From the NCBI RefSeq assembly GCF_009914755.1, contig NC_060935.1: a stretch of 64,000 bases of DNA. One strand, 5' to 3'. This stretch comes from the human T2T-CHM13v2.0 reference genome, Homo sapiens. Shown here one piece after another: positions 24,399 through 37,889 of the stretch. Numbering within the stretch: the first letter of the stretch is position 1; each line of letters opens with the position of its first letter. Made by a program: the position numbers and the translations under genes. The notes beneath the pieces were generated by a model that saw nothing but the letters and a program-made list of their open reading frames with translations, had not been told where the DNA came from and searched no databases.

Positions 24399-27300
24399 CT
24401 TTTTTTTTTTTCTTCAACTTTTATTTTAAGCTCTGGGGTACATATGCAGGACATGTAGCCTTGCTACATAGGTATATGTGTGCCATGGTTATTTGCTGCA
24501 CAGATTAACCCACCATCTAAGTATTAAGCCCAGCATCCCTTAGCTATTCTTCTTGATGCTTTCCCTCCCCGAACCCCAACCTCTGTCAGGTCCCAGTGTA
24601 TGTTGTTCCCCTCCATGTAGCCATGTGTTCTCACGATTCAGCTCGCACTTATATGTGACAATATGTGGTATTTGGTTCTCTGTTCCCACGTTAGTTTGCC
24701 GAGGATAACAGTATACAGCTCCATCCATGTCTCTGCAAAGGACGTGATCTCATTCCTTTTTATGGCTGCATAGCATTCTAGGGTGTATATGTATCACACT
24801 TTTTTATCCAGTCTATCACTGATGGGCATTTGGGTTGCTTCCATGTCTTTGCCATTGTGAATAGCGCTGCAGTGAACATATGTGTGCATGTATCTTTATG
24901 ATAGAATAATTTATATTCTTTGGGTATATACCCAGTAATGGGATTGCTAGGTCAAATGGTATTTCTGTGTCTAGATCTTTGAAGAATCCACATTGACTTC
25001 CACAATGGTTGGGCTAATTTATACTCTTAGCAACAGAGTAAAAGCATTTCTTTTTCTCCACAACCTTGCAAGCATCTGTTCTTTCTGGACTTCTTAATAA
25101 TCACCATTCTGACTGGCATAAGACAGTATATTGTTGTGATTTGTACTTTTCTAATGATTAGCGATGTTGAGCTTTTTTTCATGTTTGTTGGCCACATGAA
25201 TGTCTTCTTTTGAGAAGTGTCTCTTCATGTACTTTGCCCATTCTTTGATGGGAATAATTTAGTGTTTTTTTTTTTGTAAATTTGTTTAAATTCCATGTAG
25301 ACTCTGTATATTAGACCTCTGTCAGATGGATAGATTGCAAAATTTTTCTCCCATGCTGTAGGTCGTCTTTTCACTGTGATGATAGTTTCTTTTGCTGTGC
25401 AGAAGCTCTTTAGTTTAATTAGATCTCATTTTTAAATTTTTTCTTTTGTTGCAATGCTTTTGGTGTTTTTGTCATGAAATCTTTGTCCGTGCCTCTGTCC
25501 TGAATGGCACTGCCTAGATTTTCTTCCGGGGTTTTTATAATTTGGGGTTTTACATTTAAATCTTGAAACCATCTTGAGTTAATTTTTATATAAAATATAA
25601 GGAAGGGATCCAGTTTTAATTTTCTGCATATGGTTAGCCAGCTTTCTCACCACTATTTATTGAATAGGGAATCCTTTCCTCATTGCTGGTTTTTGTCAGC
25701 TTTGTTAAATATCAGATGGTTTTAAGAGTGTGGTTTTATTTCTGATTTATCTACTCTGTTCCACTGTTGTATGTGTGTGTTTTTCTATGAGTACCATGCT
25801 GTTTTGGTTACTATCCCCTTGTAGTATAGTTTGAAGTTGGGTAGTGTGATGCCTCCAGCTTTGTACTTTTTGCTTGGGATTGTCTTGGCTATTTGGGCTT
25901 TTTTTTTGGTTCCATATGAATTTTAAAATAGTTTTTTCTAATTCCATGAAGAATGTCAGTGGTATTTTAATTAGAATAGCGTTGTGTCTATAAATTATTT
26001 TGAGCAGTATAGCCATTTTAAAGACATCGATTCTTCCTATCCATGAGCATGGAATGTTTTTCCATTTGTTTGTATCCTCTCTGATTTCCTTGAACAGTGG
26101 ATATAGTTCTCCTTGAAGAGGTTCTTCACTTCCCTTGTTAGCTGTATTCCTAGATATTTTATTCTTTTTGTAGTAATTGTGAATGGGAGCTCATTCATGA
26201 TTTGGCTTTCTACTTGCCTGTTGCTGGTTTATAGGAATGATAGCAATTTTTGCACATTAATTTTGTATCCTGAGACTTTGCTGAAGTTGCTTATCAGATT
26301 AAGAAGATTTTGGGCTGAGGCAATGGGATTTTCTAGAATATAGGAACTTGTCATCTGCAAACAAAGATAATTTGGTTTCCTCTCTCCCTATGTGAATACC
26401 TTTCTTTCTTTCTCTTGTCTGATTGCCCTGGTCAGAACTTCTAATACGATGTTGAATAGGAGTGGTGAGAGAGGGCATCCTTGTCTTGTTCCGCTTTTCA
26501 ATGGGAATGCTTTCAGCTTTTCCTCAATTCAGTATCATATTGCTGTGGATTAGTCATATATGGCTCTTATTATTTTTATGTATATTCCTTCAATATCTAG
26601 TTTATTGAGAGTTTTTAACATGAAGGATGTTGAATTTTATCAAAGGTCCTTTCTGCATCTATTGAGATGATCATGTGGTTTTTGTCTCTGGTTCTGTTTA
26701 TGTAATGAATCACATTTCTTGATTTGTGTGTGTTGAACCAGCCATGCATCCTGGTGATGAAGCCAACTTGATCATAATGGATAAGCTTTATGATGTGCTG
26801 CTGGATTTGATTCATTTGTGTTTTATTAAGGATTTTCGCATCAATGTTCATCAGGAATATTGGCCTGAAGTTTTTGTTGTTGTTGTCGTTGTATCTCTGC
26901 CAGGTTTTGGTATTGGGATGATGCTTGCCTCATAAAATAAATTTGGGAGGAGTTCTTTCTTTTTGGTTTTTTTTTGGACTGGTTTTAGTAGGAATGGTAC
27001 CAGCTCTTCTTGATACCTCTGGTAGAATTTAACTATAAATCTGTCTGGACTTTGACTTTTTTGTTTAGGAAGCTATTTATTACTGCCTCAACTGCAGAAC
27101 TCATTACTGGTCTACTGAGGCATTCAATTTCTTCCTGGTTTAGTCTCAGGAAGGTGTATGTTTCTAAGAATGTATCAGTTTCTTCTAGATTTTCTAGTTT
27201 GTGCATAGAGGTGTTTATAGTATTCTTTGAAGGTTGTTTGTATTTTTGTGGGGCTAGTGATAATATCCTCCTTTTCATTTCTAATTGTGTGTATATTATT

Positions 27301-30300
27301 CTTCTCTTATTAGTTAGCTAGTAGTCTATTTTATTATTTTTTAAAAAAGAAAAACAGCTCCTGGATTTATTGAGTTTTTGAAGGATTTTTTTGTGTTTCT
27401 ATCTCTTTCAGTTCCACTCTGATCTTGGTTATTTATTGTCTTCTGTTAGCTTTGGGGTTTGTTTGCTCTTGGTTCTCTAGTTCTTTTATGTATGTTGATA
27501 GGTTGTTAATTTGATATCTTTCTAGCTTTTAGATGTGGGCATTTAGTGCTATTAAATTTCCCTCTTAACACTGCATTAGCTGCATCCCAGTGATTCTGGT
27601 AGGTTGTCAATTTGTTCTCATTAGTTTGAAAGAAGTTCTTGATTTCTGTCTTAATTTCGTAATTTACCTAGGAGTCATTCAGGAGCAGGTTGTTCAATTT
27701 CCATGTAGTTGTGTGGTTTTGAGTGAATTTCTTAGTCTTGAGTTCTAATTTGATTGTGTTGTGGTCTGAGAGACTGTTTGCTATGACTTCTGTTCTTCTG
27801 CATTTGCTGAGGAATGTTTTACTTCTGATTATGTGATCAATTTTAGAGTAAGTGACATATGGTGCAAAGAAGAATGTATATTCTGCTGTTTTGAGGTAGA
27901 GAGTTCTGTAGATATCTATTATGGATGCTTGATCCAGCACTGAGTTCAAGTCTGGAATATCTTTGTAAATTTTCTGTCTCAAAGATCTGTATAGTATTAT
28001 CAGTAGGGTGTTAAAATACTCCACTATTGTTGTGTGGAAGTCAAAATATTTTTGTAGGTCTCTAAGAATTTGCTTTATGAACCTCAGTGTTCCTGTATTG
28101 GGTGCATATATATTCAACTTCTTGTTGATTTGAACCCTTTACCATTACATAATGTCCTTTTTCATCTTTTTGTAATCTTTGTTAGTTTAAAATCTGTTTT
28201 GTAAGAAACCAGGACTGCAACCCCTACTTTTTTCTGTTTTCCATTTACTTGGTAAATTTTCTTCCATATCTTTATTTTGAGCCTATGTGTATCTTTGCAC
28301 ATGAGATGGGTTTCTTGAAGACAGCATACTGACGGGGCTTCACTCTTTATCCAGCTTGCCATTCTGTGTCTTTTAGTTGGGCATTTAGTCCATTTACATT
28401 TAAGGTTAATATTCTTATGTGTGAATTTGATCCTGTGATCATGACGCTGGCTGGTCATTTTGCAGACTTGTTTATGTGGTTGCTTCATAGTGTCACTGGT
28501 CTGTGTACTTCAATGTGTTTTTGTAGTGGTTAGTAACAGTTTTTTCTTTTCATATTTAGTCCTTCCTCTGGGAGTTCTTGTAAGGCAGGCCTGGTGGTGA
28601 CAAATTCCCTCAGCATTTGTTTGTCTGAAAAGAATCTTATTTCTCCTTCACTTATGAAGTTTTATTTGGCCTAATATAAAATTCTGGGTTGGAAATTATT
28701 TTCTTTAAGACTGTTGAATATTGGCTCCCAATCAGTTCTGGCTTTTAGAGTTTCTACTGAGAGGTCTGCTGTTAGTCTGATGGGTTTACCTTTCTAGGTG
28801 ACCTGGCTTTTCTTACTGTGTGCCCTTAGGATTTTTTCTTTCATTTCAACCTTGGAGAATCTGAGGATTATGTGTCTTGGGGTTTATAATCTTGTAGAGT
28901 ATCTTACTGGGTTTTCTGCATTTCCTGAATTTGAATGTTGGCCTGTCTTACTAGGTGGAGATATTCTCCTCCATGATATCCTGCAGTATGTTTTCCAATG
29001 TGGTTCCATTCTCCCCGTGTTTTTTAGGTAACCAAATCAGTTGTAAGTTTGGTCTTTTTTCATAGTCCTAAATTTCTTGGAGGTTGTGTTCATTCCTTTT
29101 CATTTTTCTTCTCTATTATTGTCTGACTGTCTTATTTCAGAAAAATAGTCTTCAAGCTTTGAGATTATTTTCTCCACTTGGTCTATTCTACTATTGATAC
29201 TTGTGATTGTATTGTGAATTTCTTGTGTTGGGTTTTTCAGCTCCATCAGGTAAGTTATGCTCCTTTCTAATTGGCTATTTTGGTTATTAGCTCTTGTATT
29301 GTTTTATCATGATTTTCAGCTTCTTTGCATTGGCTTACAACATGATCCTTTAGCTCAGAGAAGTTTGTTGTTACCCACCTTCTGAAGCCTACTTCTGTCA
29401 CTTCAGCCATCTCAGCCTCCACCCAGTTCTGTGCCCTTGTTGGAGAGGTATTACAGTAATTTGGAGAAGAAGAGGCACTCTGGCTTCTTGAGTTTTCAGT
29501 GTTTTCACATTGATTCTTTTTCATCTTTTGGGGCTTATCTACCTATGATTTTTGAGGTTGCTGACCTTTGAATGGGGTTTTTTTGGGGTCTTCTTTGTTG
29601 ATGTTGTTGTTGCTTCTTTCTAATTGTTTGTTTTTATTGTAACAGTCATGTCACTCTTCTGTAGGGCTGCTGCAGTATGCTGGGAGATCACTCCAGAACT
29701 GTTGCCTTGGTTTTCCCTTACCTGGAGGTATCACCAGTGAAGGTTGCAAAACAGCAAAGATGACAGCCTGCTCCTTCCTCTGGGCACTCTGTCCCAGAGG
29801 GCACTGACGTTTTGCTGGCCCACATGCTCCTGTAAGTGGTGCCTGAAGACCCCTGTTGGGGGGGCTCACCCAGTCAGGAGGGACAGGATCAGGAACACGC
29901 TTAAAGAAGCAGTCTGGTTGCTTTTTGGTAGAGCAGATGTGCTGGGCTGGGGAGAAACCTTCCTTGTCCAGACTGCCTGGACTCTCCAGAGCCAGCAGGC
30001 TGGAAGGGCTGAGTTGACTGAACCACAGGGTTGGTAGCTGCCCCTCCCACCATGGTCTCTGTCTCAGGAAGAGATTAGAGTTCTGTCAATATAACCCTGG
30101 CTAGAATTGTTGAAGTTCCCACACGGAGGCCCTGCCCAGAGAGGAGGGATAAATGGGAGTCCCACTTAAAGAAGCAGTCTTGTCACAATGTGGCACAGCA
30201 GTTGTGCCACATTGTGGGGGACTCCTCCTCATTTGGACAGCCTGAACTCCCTGGAGCTAGCTGGCTAGAATGGCTGAGTCAACCTAACCACAGAAATGGC

Positions 30301-30812
30301 AGCTGCCCCCACCCCAGGAAACTCATCTGTCTCAGGCTATCTCCAGCCTACTGAACTGGCCGGCTGGAATTCCAAGCCAGGGGGTCTTAACTTGTGAGGT
30401 GCCATGGAAGTGAGTCCCACAGAACAACATTGCTTGGCTCCCTGGATTCCTTCCCAGGGGACTGTACGGATGGAATTCTTGTCGTGATGGGATTCCTGGG
30501 ACCAGAAAATGTAAAAGTCCTGGTGGTATGGGGATCTCCTGATCTTCGGGTTGCAAAGATCAATGGGAGAAGTGTGGTTTCCTGGCAGGGCTGCACCATC
30601 ACTCAGCAATTCCTTTGGCTGGGTGTGAGTGTTCCTTTGGCTCCGTGCCGCACCCTGCTTTCCTTTGTTCTCCATGGGTTGAGTCCATTGCCTAGTTAGC
30701 CCCAATGTGAGAATCTGGATAGTTCAGTTGAAAGTGCCAAATTCCTCACCGTTTTCATACCTCTCTGTGAGTGCTACAGACTACAGTTGCTTCTAATCAG
30801 ACATCTTTGCCC
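24399..30812 (-). mobile_element. Near full-length (~6.4 kb) decayed L1PA11-13-class LINE-1
   Basis: Contains poly-T tail, 3' UTR, ORF2 fragments ([26 protein letters not shown]), ORF1 N-terminus (MKKNQCENTENSRSQSASS) and a GC-richer 5' UTR ending gacatctttgcccc. TSD ctcc(a)gaaat on both sides. Many stops and frameshifts. Confidence 0.92.
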
Positions 30813-30889
30813 CTCCGAAATTTTTCATCTTGCACAACTGAAACTCTATATCCAATTAATGACAATTCTCCATTTATCCCTTCTCCTAG

Positions 30890-31334
30890 TGTCTGAGTTC
30901 ATTTGTGTTGCTATGAAAGAGTACTTGAGGCTGGGTAAATTATACAGAAAAGAGGTTGATTTACCCCTTAGTTCTCTGCAGGTACAAGAATCTTGTCATC
31001 AGCAACTGTTTAGCTTGTGGTGAGAAGTGCAGGCTGCTTCCACTCATGGTAGAAAGCAAAGGGGAATCAGCATGAGCAGAAATAACATGGTGAAAGGGGA
31101 AGTAAGAGAAAGGGAGGGAGGGAGAGAGAGAGAAGATGCCAAGCCCTTCTTAACAACCACCCCTTGAGGAAACTAACAGAGCAAGAGCTCACTCATTTCT
31201 GTGAGTATGGCACCAAGATGTTCATGAGGAATCCACCCCCATGAGACAAACACCTCCCACTAGGTCCTACCTTCCAACATTGGGAATCAACTTCCAACAT
31301 GAAGTCTGAAGGGTCAAATATCCAAACTATAGCA
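30890..31334 (-). mobile_element. MSTB-type MaLR solo LTR
   Basis: Runs tgtctgagttcatttgtgttgctatgaaagagtacttgaggctggg...caaatatccaaactatagca. Degenerate TSD cctag/ctcag. Confidence 0.85.
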
Positions 31335-31884
31335 CTCAGCCCATAGCAACCACGATTCTACTATTTCTATGAATTTGACTAATCTGGATAGCCCATATAA
31401 ATGGAATTATATAGTATTTGTCTTTTTGTGACTGGCCTATTTTACTTAATATAATGTCCTCAAGGTTTGTCTATGCTGTAGCATGTGTTAGAATTTCTTT
31501 CCTTTAAGGCTAAATAATATTCTATTGTATGTTTATGCCAAATTTGTTTACTATTCATCCATTGATGGACATTTCATTTACTTCTACCCTGGGCCTGTTA
31601 TGAATAGTGCTGTTATGAACGTGGATGTGTTATTTTATTTTAATTTTTTTGAAAATTGAAATTGCTTTCACAAACATTTCTAGTTAGCAAAATAGTTAAA
31701 AACATGCCTAACATATTTTGAATATATATATTTAATGTTGCAGCTTTTTTGAAAAAAGTAACCCCACTTTATTTACCCGTTTATTTTTCTTTGAATAAAG
31801 ATAGGTCTATCCAATTTGCTATGTGAGAAGATTCTCAGCAAGTCCCTTTCCTATGACATAAACAGCATTTGACACTACTTTTAA

Positions 31885-32015
31885 AAAGGTTTATAACACT
31901 ATAAGATGACTATAATTAATAATCTCCTATATTTTCAAAAAGCTAGAAGAAAAGATATTTATATATGCCATAAATATGTACAGTTATTATGTGTCAATTA
32001 AAAATAAATTTCAAA
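31885..32015 (+). mobile_element. L1MA 3'-end fragment with internal deletion
   Basis: tattttcaaaaagctagaagaaaagat joined to ccataaatatgtacagttattatgtgtcaattaaaaataaa. Confidence 0.6.
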
Positions 32016-33239
32016 AGTAAGCTCTAGTGGGGCTGATTTATATATGCAAATTAACTTCATCATTCAGTAGCATGAGATTGTTGGTAGAGAAGCACAGAAA
32101 TTTGTCTCTGTAAATTTTTTCCCTTTGTTTATTAAAATGGCTGAAGGATGAACTTGTTTTCAATACCTTTTCCTGTATTGACTCCCTTCAGGCATCTGAT
32201 ATGATTATTTCTAGTCTTCTTTCCTAAAATGTACTTGCCAATATTTGAAATATTGACCAACACCAATTTGTGCAGATACTCTGTATTTTTAGAAAATACT
32301 CCCTGTATTGAAGTTAAATAAAAATATCTTATTCATATTTTAATTAAATATGTACTTGCCCTCTGAACAACACAGTTTAGGTCAACCTAAACTCCGTATT
32401 TCAAATAAAAAGTACATAAATGTAGAAGCCAGTTTTAGCTACTTAGAGTGATAATGAAGTTTCTTGGCATGAGATAATTTTATGATTGGTAAAGTAGAAC
32501 CTCCAAACAATTAAGACTTTTTCATAAATAGCTGGAACATCTTAGAAATGGATAAGAACTGTTTTACAGCTTTAAGGTACAAATACCCTGTAATTCCTTA
32601 GTTTACTTCAAGCTAAATTAATATGGTCTAGAGAGTTCACTTGTCAAATAGAGAGAAGGTCCATTGCCACAGGGTGTCACTATTGAATACTAGTCCTCCA
32701 CCATCTGACCTGCTGATTGATACGAGCTGCAGGCAAGCCTCTCTGGCCTGGTTCCCGAGGCACATAGGCATTGTCTTTTACAGAAGGCTATTTGGTGGAA
32801 ATTGTGCTTTTTGAATGTGTGTTCACCCAGCTGTCCCCGCTGTATTCCCCAGACCCTGATATTTAGTGCCCTCTCGCATCTGAAACATACAGCCATTCTC
32901 CTTACGGGTCAGATTAGTTGCCTGTGTGTCCTTTAAGGGCTTACATAATTTTCCACTTTCTCAGAGTCTAGCAACTCAACCAGGATACAGTTGACTGCTT
33001 TCCTTATCAGCACCAGTAGATTAAGAGGAGTGATTCCATTTACACTCAAGCAACAGATGGCTCTACATCTTCCTCCAAGAAAGTCTTAAATTATTTTCCG
33101 AGTTAATCCATCTCTTCCGTCTGACCCTCAAACAGAAAAATTTAATATTGCCCCTTGCTGCAGGGAACTTGAGCACCTTGAAGAAGAATCCTTCTCTGGT
33201 GGAAAAAAAAAAAAAAGAAATCTCTTTTTTCTTTACTGG

Positions 33240-33240
33240 G

Positions 33241-33277
<37 letters not shown>

Positions 33278-33283
33278 TGTGTG
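33240..33283. repeat. (TG)n microsatellite
   Basis: About 20 TG units with two interruptions. Confidence 0.95.
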
Positions 33284-33510
33284 AAGGGATAACTTCCATG
33301 TCTAACAAGAATATTTGCTCAAGATCTCCCCATCACTTTTCCAGCTGTAGAAGAAAAAATAAAATGTGTGAAAAGACAGGCTGATGCATACTTACTTGTG
33401 TATATGAGATGATTACTTTTGTACAGAAGTAAGTACCACATGCTATTTGAGGAACTTGGCAAAATTATCCTTTTGAAATATATCTCACTGATTGATTTCC
33501 TACAGAATGT

Positions 33511-33751
33511 TTATGATTTATTTACATTATTTAAGTCACAGTACCTTTTTAAAGAGAACTCCTTTAGAATGAAGGTACCCTTGTACTAATAGTAGTAGTG
33601 TCAGTAATAGTTGAACAAAGTTTGTTATTTTTTTTTTCTGGACAGTAGGGATCCATTATTTCTGATGAAGTCATACCCTAGAATCAAAGGATCATCATTT
33701 AATATAATAGAGGTCATGGGATACTTTTCATGCCTTGCCAGGGGACAACTT
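33511..33751 (+). repeat. Copy 1 of a ~240-bp local direct duplication
   Basis: Aligns by eye to 36489-36735 (e.g. tttagaatgaaggtacccttgtactaatagtagt, tcagtaatagttgaacaaagtttgttatt, cttttcatgccttgccagggg). Confidence 0.95.
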
Positions 33752-33799
33752 ACAAAAGGGGGCCAAAGTGTATTAATTTAATCCAGTATCTAATATGTG

Positions 33800-34265
33800 C
33801 ATAGAATGAGTGGAATTAAACATTTTTCATACATAATCTCATTTAAACATCTCAGTAGTCCCACGGGCAGATAATAGTATTCCAAATAACAAGTTAGGAA
33901 AAGAAGTCCCAAAGACATTGAGTAGCCTGCCATGGTCCACATGACTTGTAATTGGTGGAGGCAGGGTTCAAAACACTGGTCAGACTGATCACCTAGCTCA
34001 TGTCCTCCATCACATGCTACACTATTTACCATGAGAAATATTTCTTTTAATAACAATTACTAAGGATTCTTATTCCTTGGTGGTTTATAAACTGCTTCTA
34101 CATAACTAATTAAACTTTCCCAACTGCTTGAGATATCTATAACTATTATGGTCTTCACTTCACAGATAAAGAAATAAAAAAGTTCTGAGAAATTAAGTAA
34201 CTTGACTGAGATCCCTTAGCCAGTAGAGTGGAAGACCAAGGTCCAGCCGCTGCCAAAGCCTTTGT
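33800..34265 (-). mobile_element. Two MIR fragments
   Basis: ataatctcatttaaacatctcagtag...ggtccacatgacttgtaattggtggaggcagggttcaaa and cacagataaagaaata...aattaagtaacttgactgagatc. Confidence 0.65.
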
Positions 34266-34443
34266 ATATGCACACTTGAATAGACCAAGTCCCACGTGAG
34301 ACCTCCTTAAAAAGAGGGGGCTTCGCAAAAGAATTGGATCCCTCAGGCTATGCCAACCAGATATGGTTAAATGGTAATTGTATAAAATTAAGTAGCTAGG
34401 AAATAATTCTGATTACAATTGATGTATCAATTGTTTAATGTAA

Positions 34444-34783
<340 letters not shown>

Positions 34784-35679
34784 TGATATGTATAGACCAC
34801 CAAACAACAAAATGAAGTATTTGGCAACATGAAACAACCATGGATATTCTGTCAAACAGGAAATAATAAGATAAACATGAAACTATCTCTTCAGAACCAT
34901 GAAAACAAAGGAATTGTTGCTATGAAATATACCCCGGGTTTTTTACAACTTAAATCTCAATTCTTGACCAGTATTTTGGGACAGCATGATGCTCTTTCTG
35001 ATCTAGTTTTGTCCATTAACCAAAGGGTTCTATAAAATTATTTTAACTTTTTCTTTTTTTGGTTTTGTGGCTAAAATTGTTATAAACTTGTCATGCTTTC
35101 AAAGCAATGGCAATCCACTAAACTACAAGTGCTCTGGAGCTATTTCCTAGTTTAGAGGGCAGGTCAGTGGATCATTATTCTTGAAGTCATATAGCATGCT
35201 TCATTAGCTTGGAAAACGATAGCCACTACAGCACTTGCACTCCTCCTCTTGAGCAAATAAAAGGAGAAAATGAGGCATACGCTTTTCTCTATGGTTGAAC
35301 AGTAGCTGAAGCAATGGAACATCATGGACAACAGAACTAGAAAATTTAGTTTACATTTTATGGGGATTTAATAGACATTTAGTAAGCTATGCCACCTTCC
35401 CAGCTCTACCACTAACACCCTACATGCAAAGAGAAACAAAAACAAGCACGTGTGTATTGCCAAATACACACGGATTTAAAGGGAAATCAGGAGAACATGC
35501 AACAGGGATAGTCCTTGATCCTACAGGGCCTTTTATTTCAGTCAGCAAATCCATTCTGTAAGGTTTATGAAGGGTCTAATTTTCCCTTCAAATTCACGTT
35601 TCCTGATTGAAAGAGTCAGAAGGAAATTTCCATGCCATAACACTGAACAGATCTCCAAATATGAAGACACTTGCTTTCT

Positions 35680-36476
35680 TCTCCAAACCCCTCTAATTGA
35701 CTCCCTATAAGTCTGCTCCTGACCTCCATGTTGCCAAGCCAATTGACACCTTTCTGACCTTCTTTTGCACACTTAGCACCATGCCATTCTCCTTGTTTTC
35801 CTTCAATCCTTCTAACAGTTAATGTTCAGCTGACATTGCCAGTTCTTTTCAACACAAATAATAAACCAGAATCACTCAGGATGTGTTCATGGACTCAAAT
35901 TCTCATCTGTAATCCTGGCTATTTCCTCCATCCTTGTAAATCCATCATTTGTATGATTCACAGCTGTCTCAAACTGAATTCTTAGTCTCCCACAAGCCTT
36001 CCTCTATTGTTTTCCTCCTATTTTGATCATCTCAGTAAGTGGCAACTTCATCAATCCATTTGCCAAATTCTGAAAACAATGTTATTTCCTAACATATTCT
36101 CCTCATTATATCTCACATCCATTCCACATGTCTCTTCTACAAGCAATTCATGTTTTTTAATATAACCAGTTTTCTTCATTTCCCTTGCACCTACATTGTT
36201 ACACTTCTAGTCTGAGAGATTGCAAAAGGCTCCCATTTGGACATAATGCTTCAATTCCTTCTTAATTTTGCATCCTGAAATTTTTTTTATAAAGTATAAT
36301 TTATAACACTTCCACTCTTCCCCACATTAAAACTCCTCCGGACAGTAAACCTCTTTTTTTTTTCATTCTTACCCTGGATACCTCCAAGTCACCTTTCCTT
36401 TCTCAGATCAAATCTTGCATCTCCAAAAAGACCTTTTGCTGGTCTGAAAATATAAATTAAATCTCTCTCATCATAG
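35680..36476 (+). mobile_element. L2 fragment
   Basis: Pyrimidine-rich L2 motifs: gacctccatgttgccaagccaat, gtctcaaactgaattc, catctcagtaagtggcaac, cacttctagtctgagagattgcaa. Confidence 0.7.
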
Positions 36477-36488
36477 TGTAAATGTAAA

Positions 36489-36735
36489 TTATGATTTATT
36501 TACATTATTTAAGGCACAGTATCTCTTTAAAGAGACCACTTTTAGAATGAAGGTACCCTTGTACTAATAGTAGTGCTATCAGTAATAGTTGAACAAAGTT
36601 TGTTATTTTTTTTTCTGGACAGTAGGGCTCCATTATTTCTGATGGAGTCATAACCTAGAATCAAAGGAGCATCATTTATTATACTTACTAGAGATCATAG
36701 TGGGATGCTTTTCATGCCTTGCCAGGGGCCAACCT
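36489..36735 (+). repeat. Copy 2 of the ~240-bp local direct duplication, embedded in L2
   Basis: About 90% identical by eye to 33511-33751. Confidence 0.95.
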
Positions 36736-37889
36736 GGCATAGAACCTTTATGACACTTAAATACAATATAAAATTAAGTTGAATATCTTGAAATTTAAGC
36801 TCAAGACTAAAGCTGAAGATAGAACTGAATCATCTCTTCTAAGGAGAGTTGCAGTACTTATCAAAAGGTGCTCATACTAATTTTTCAATCATCAACTCTT
36901 ATCACGAAACACTACTGGAAAAAAAAAAGAGAAGAAAATAAATAAAAGAAAGAAAAAATATTTTAAAATTCACTGAGCAGATATTCCTTTCTTTGTTTAC
37001 AAAGAAGCAGAAATTTTGCCCTCACCTCACTTTAAGTAAAATGAAGGGTTAAAAGACCATTTAATCACATCTAAGATTAATACAAATAGTTACTCTGAAG
37101 GCACTGACCACTGCAATGCAACTAAAAAATATAACAATTTAAATATATTACTATGCTTTAAGAAACAAATTTTAATGGTGAATACATTTTTTAAAATACC
37201 AAGAAGAGTATGAGCTTAAATCAGAGTTATAGGGTGGTTATTAGAAAGCCAAAGTGAAAGTCTGTGCTTCTATATGAATTCTAGTCCTAGAAAATTAGCC
37301 TTGGAACCTCAGAAACACAAGTGAGTGAAACCTTACACTTCTACAGAGGAATAGAGCAGGATGTTCAAGTGGTACTGTATTAATTGTTCCTTCCTGGAAG
37401 AAGCCAACAAAATCTTTGGAGAAAAGCATCCCACAACAGAGGAAACCAATGGCTCAATTACAACATCTCTAGTCACTGAACACATTCACTCTTCATAATG
37501 CCTCTCTCATAGCTAGACAATGGAGGATCCAGAAGCAAGAGAGTAAACTGAAAAAGATATATAGATGAGCAAAGATGGGGGAAATATTGTGTTGTATATG
37601 CTGTTGAACGTAAGATTTTTAAATGGATGTGAGATTTTGCTGGGACTAGATTTTTCAATGTCAAAAATGAGATGATTCCTCTTCCTTAAAAAACCCTGAA
37701 ACTTATGCATCTGCCTGAGACACTCTTAATGACTGGAGAAGGGAATTCAACAGAGTATGTTTAAAGTCAGGAGCAGGAGAAGAATAAAACTTTATCTTAG
37801 TTATGCCAAACCAAGTTCTGTCCATTTAATAAGCTGTTACATATATTCCTGAGTATTTTTCTTTAATATTCACCTGTCTTGTTAGATTA

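Larger units (their letters stand above)
24280..31630 (-). mobile_element. L1MB-type 3' end, split by the L1PA and MST insertions
   Basis: Collinear pieces at 24280-24398, 30813-30889 and 31335-31630 (ttaaccatttctaagtgt...cacattgttgtacaac | catcttgcacaactgaaactcta | ttctactatttctatgaatttgact). Confidence 0.75.
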
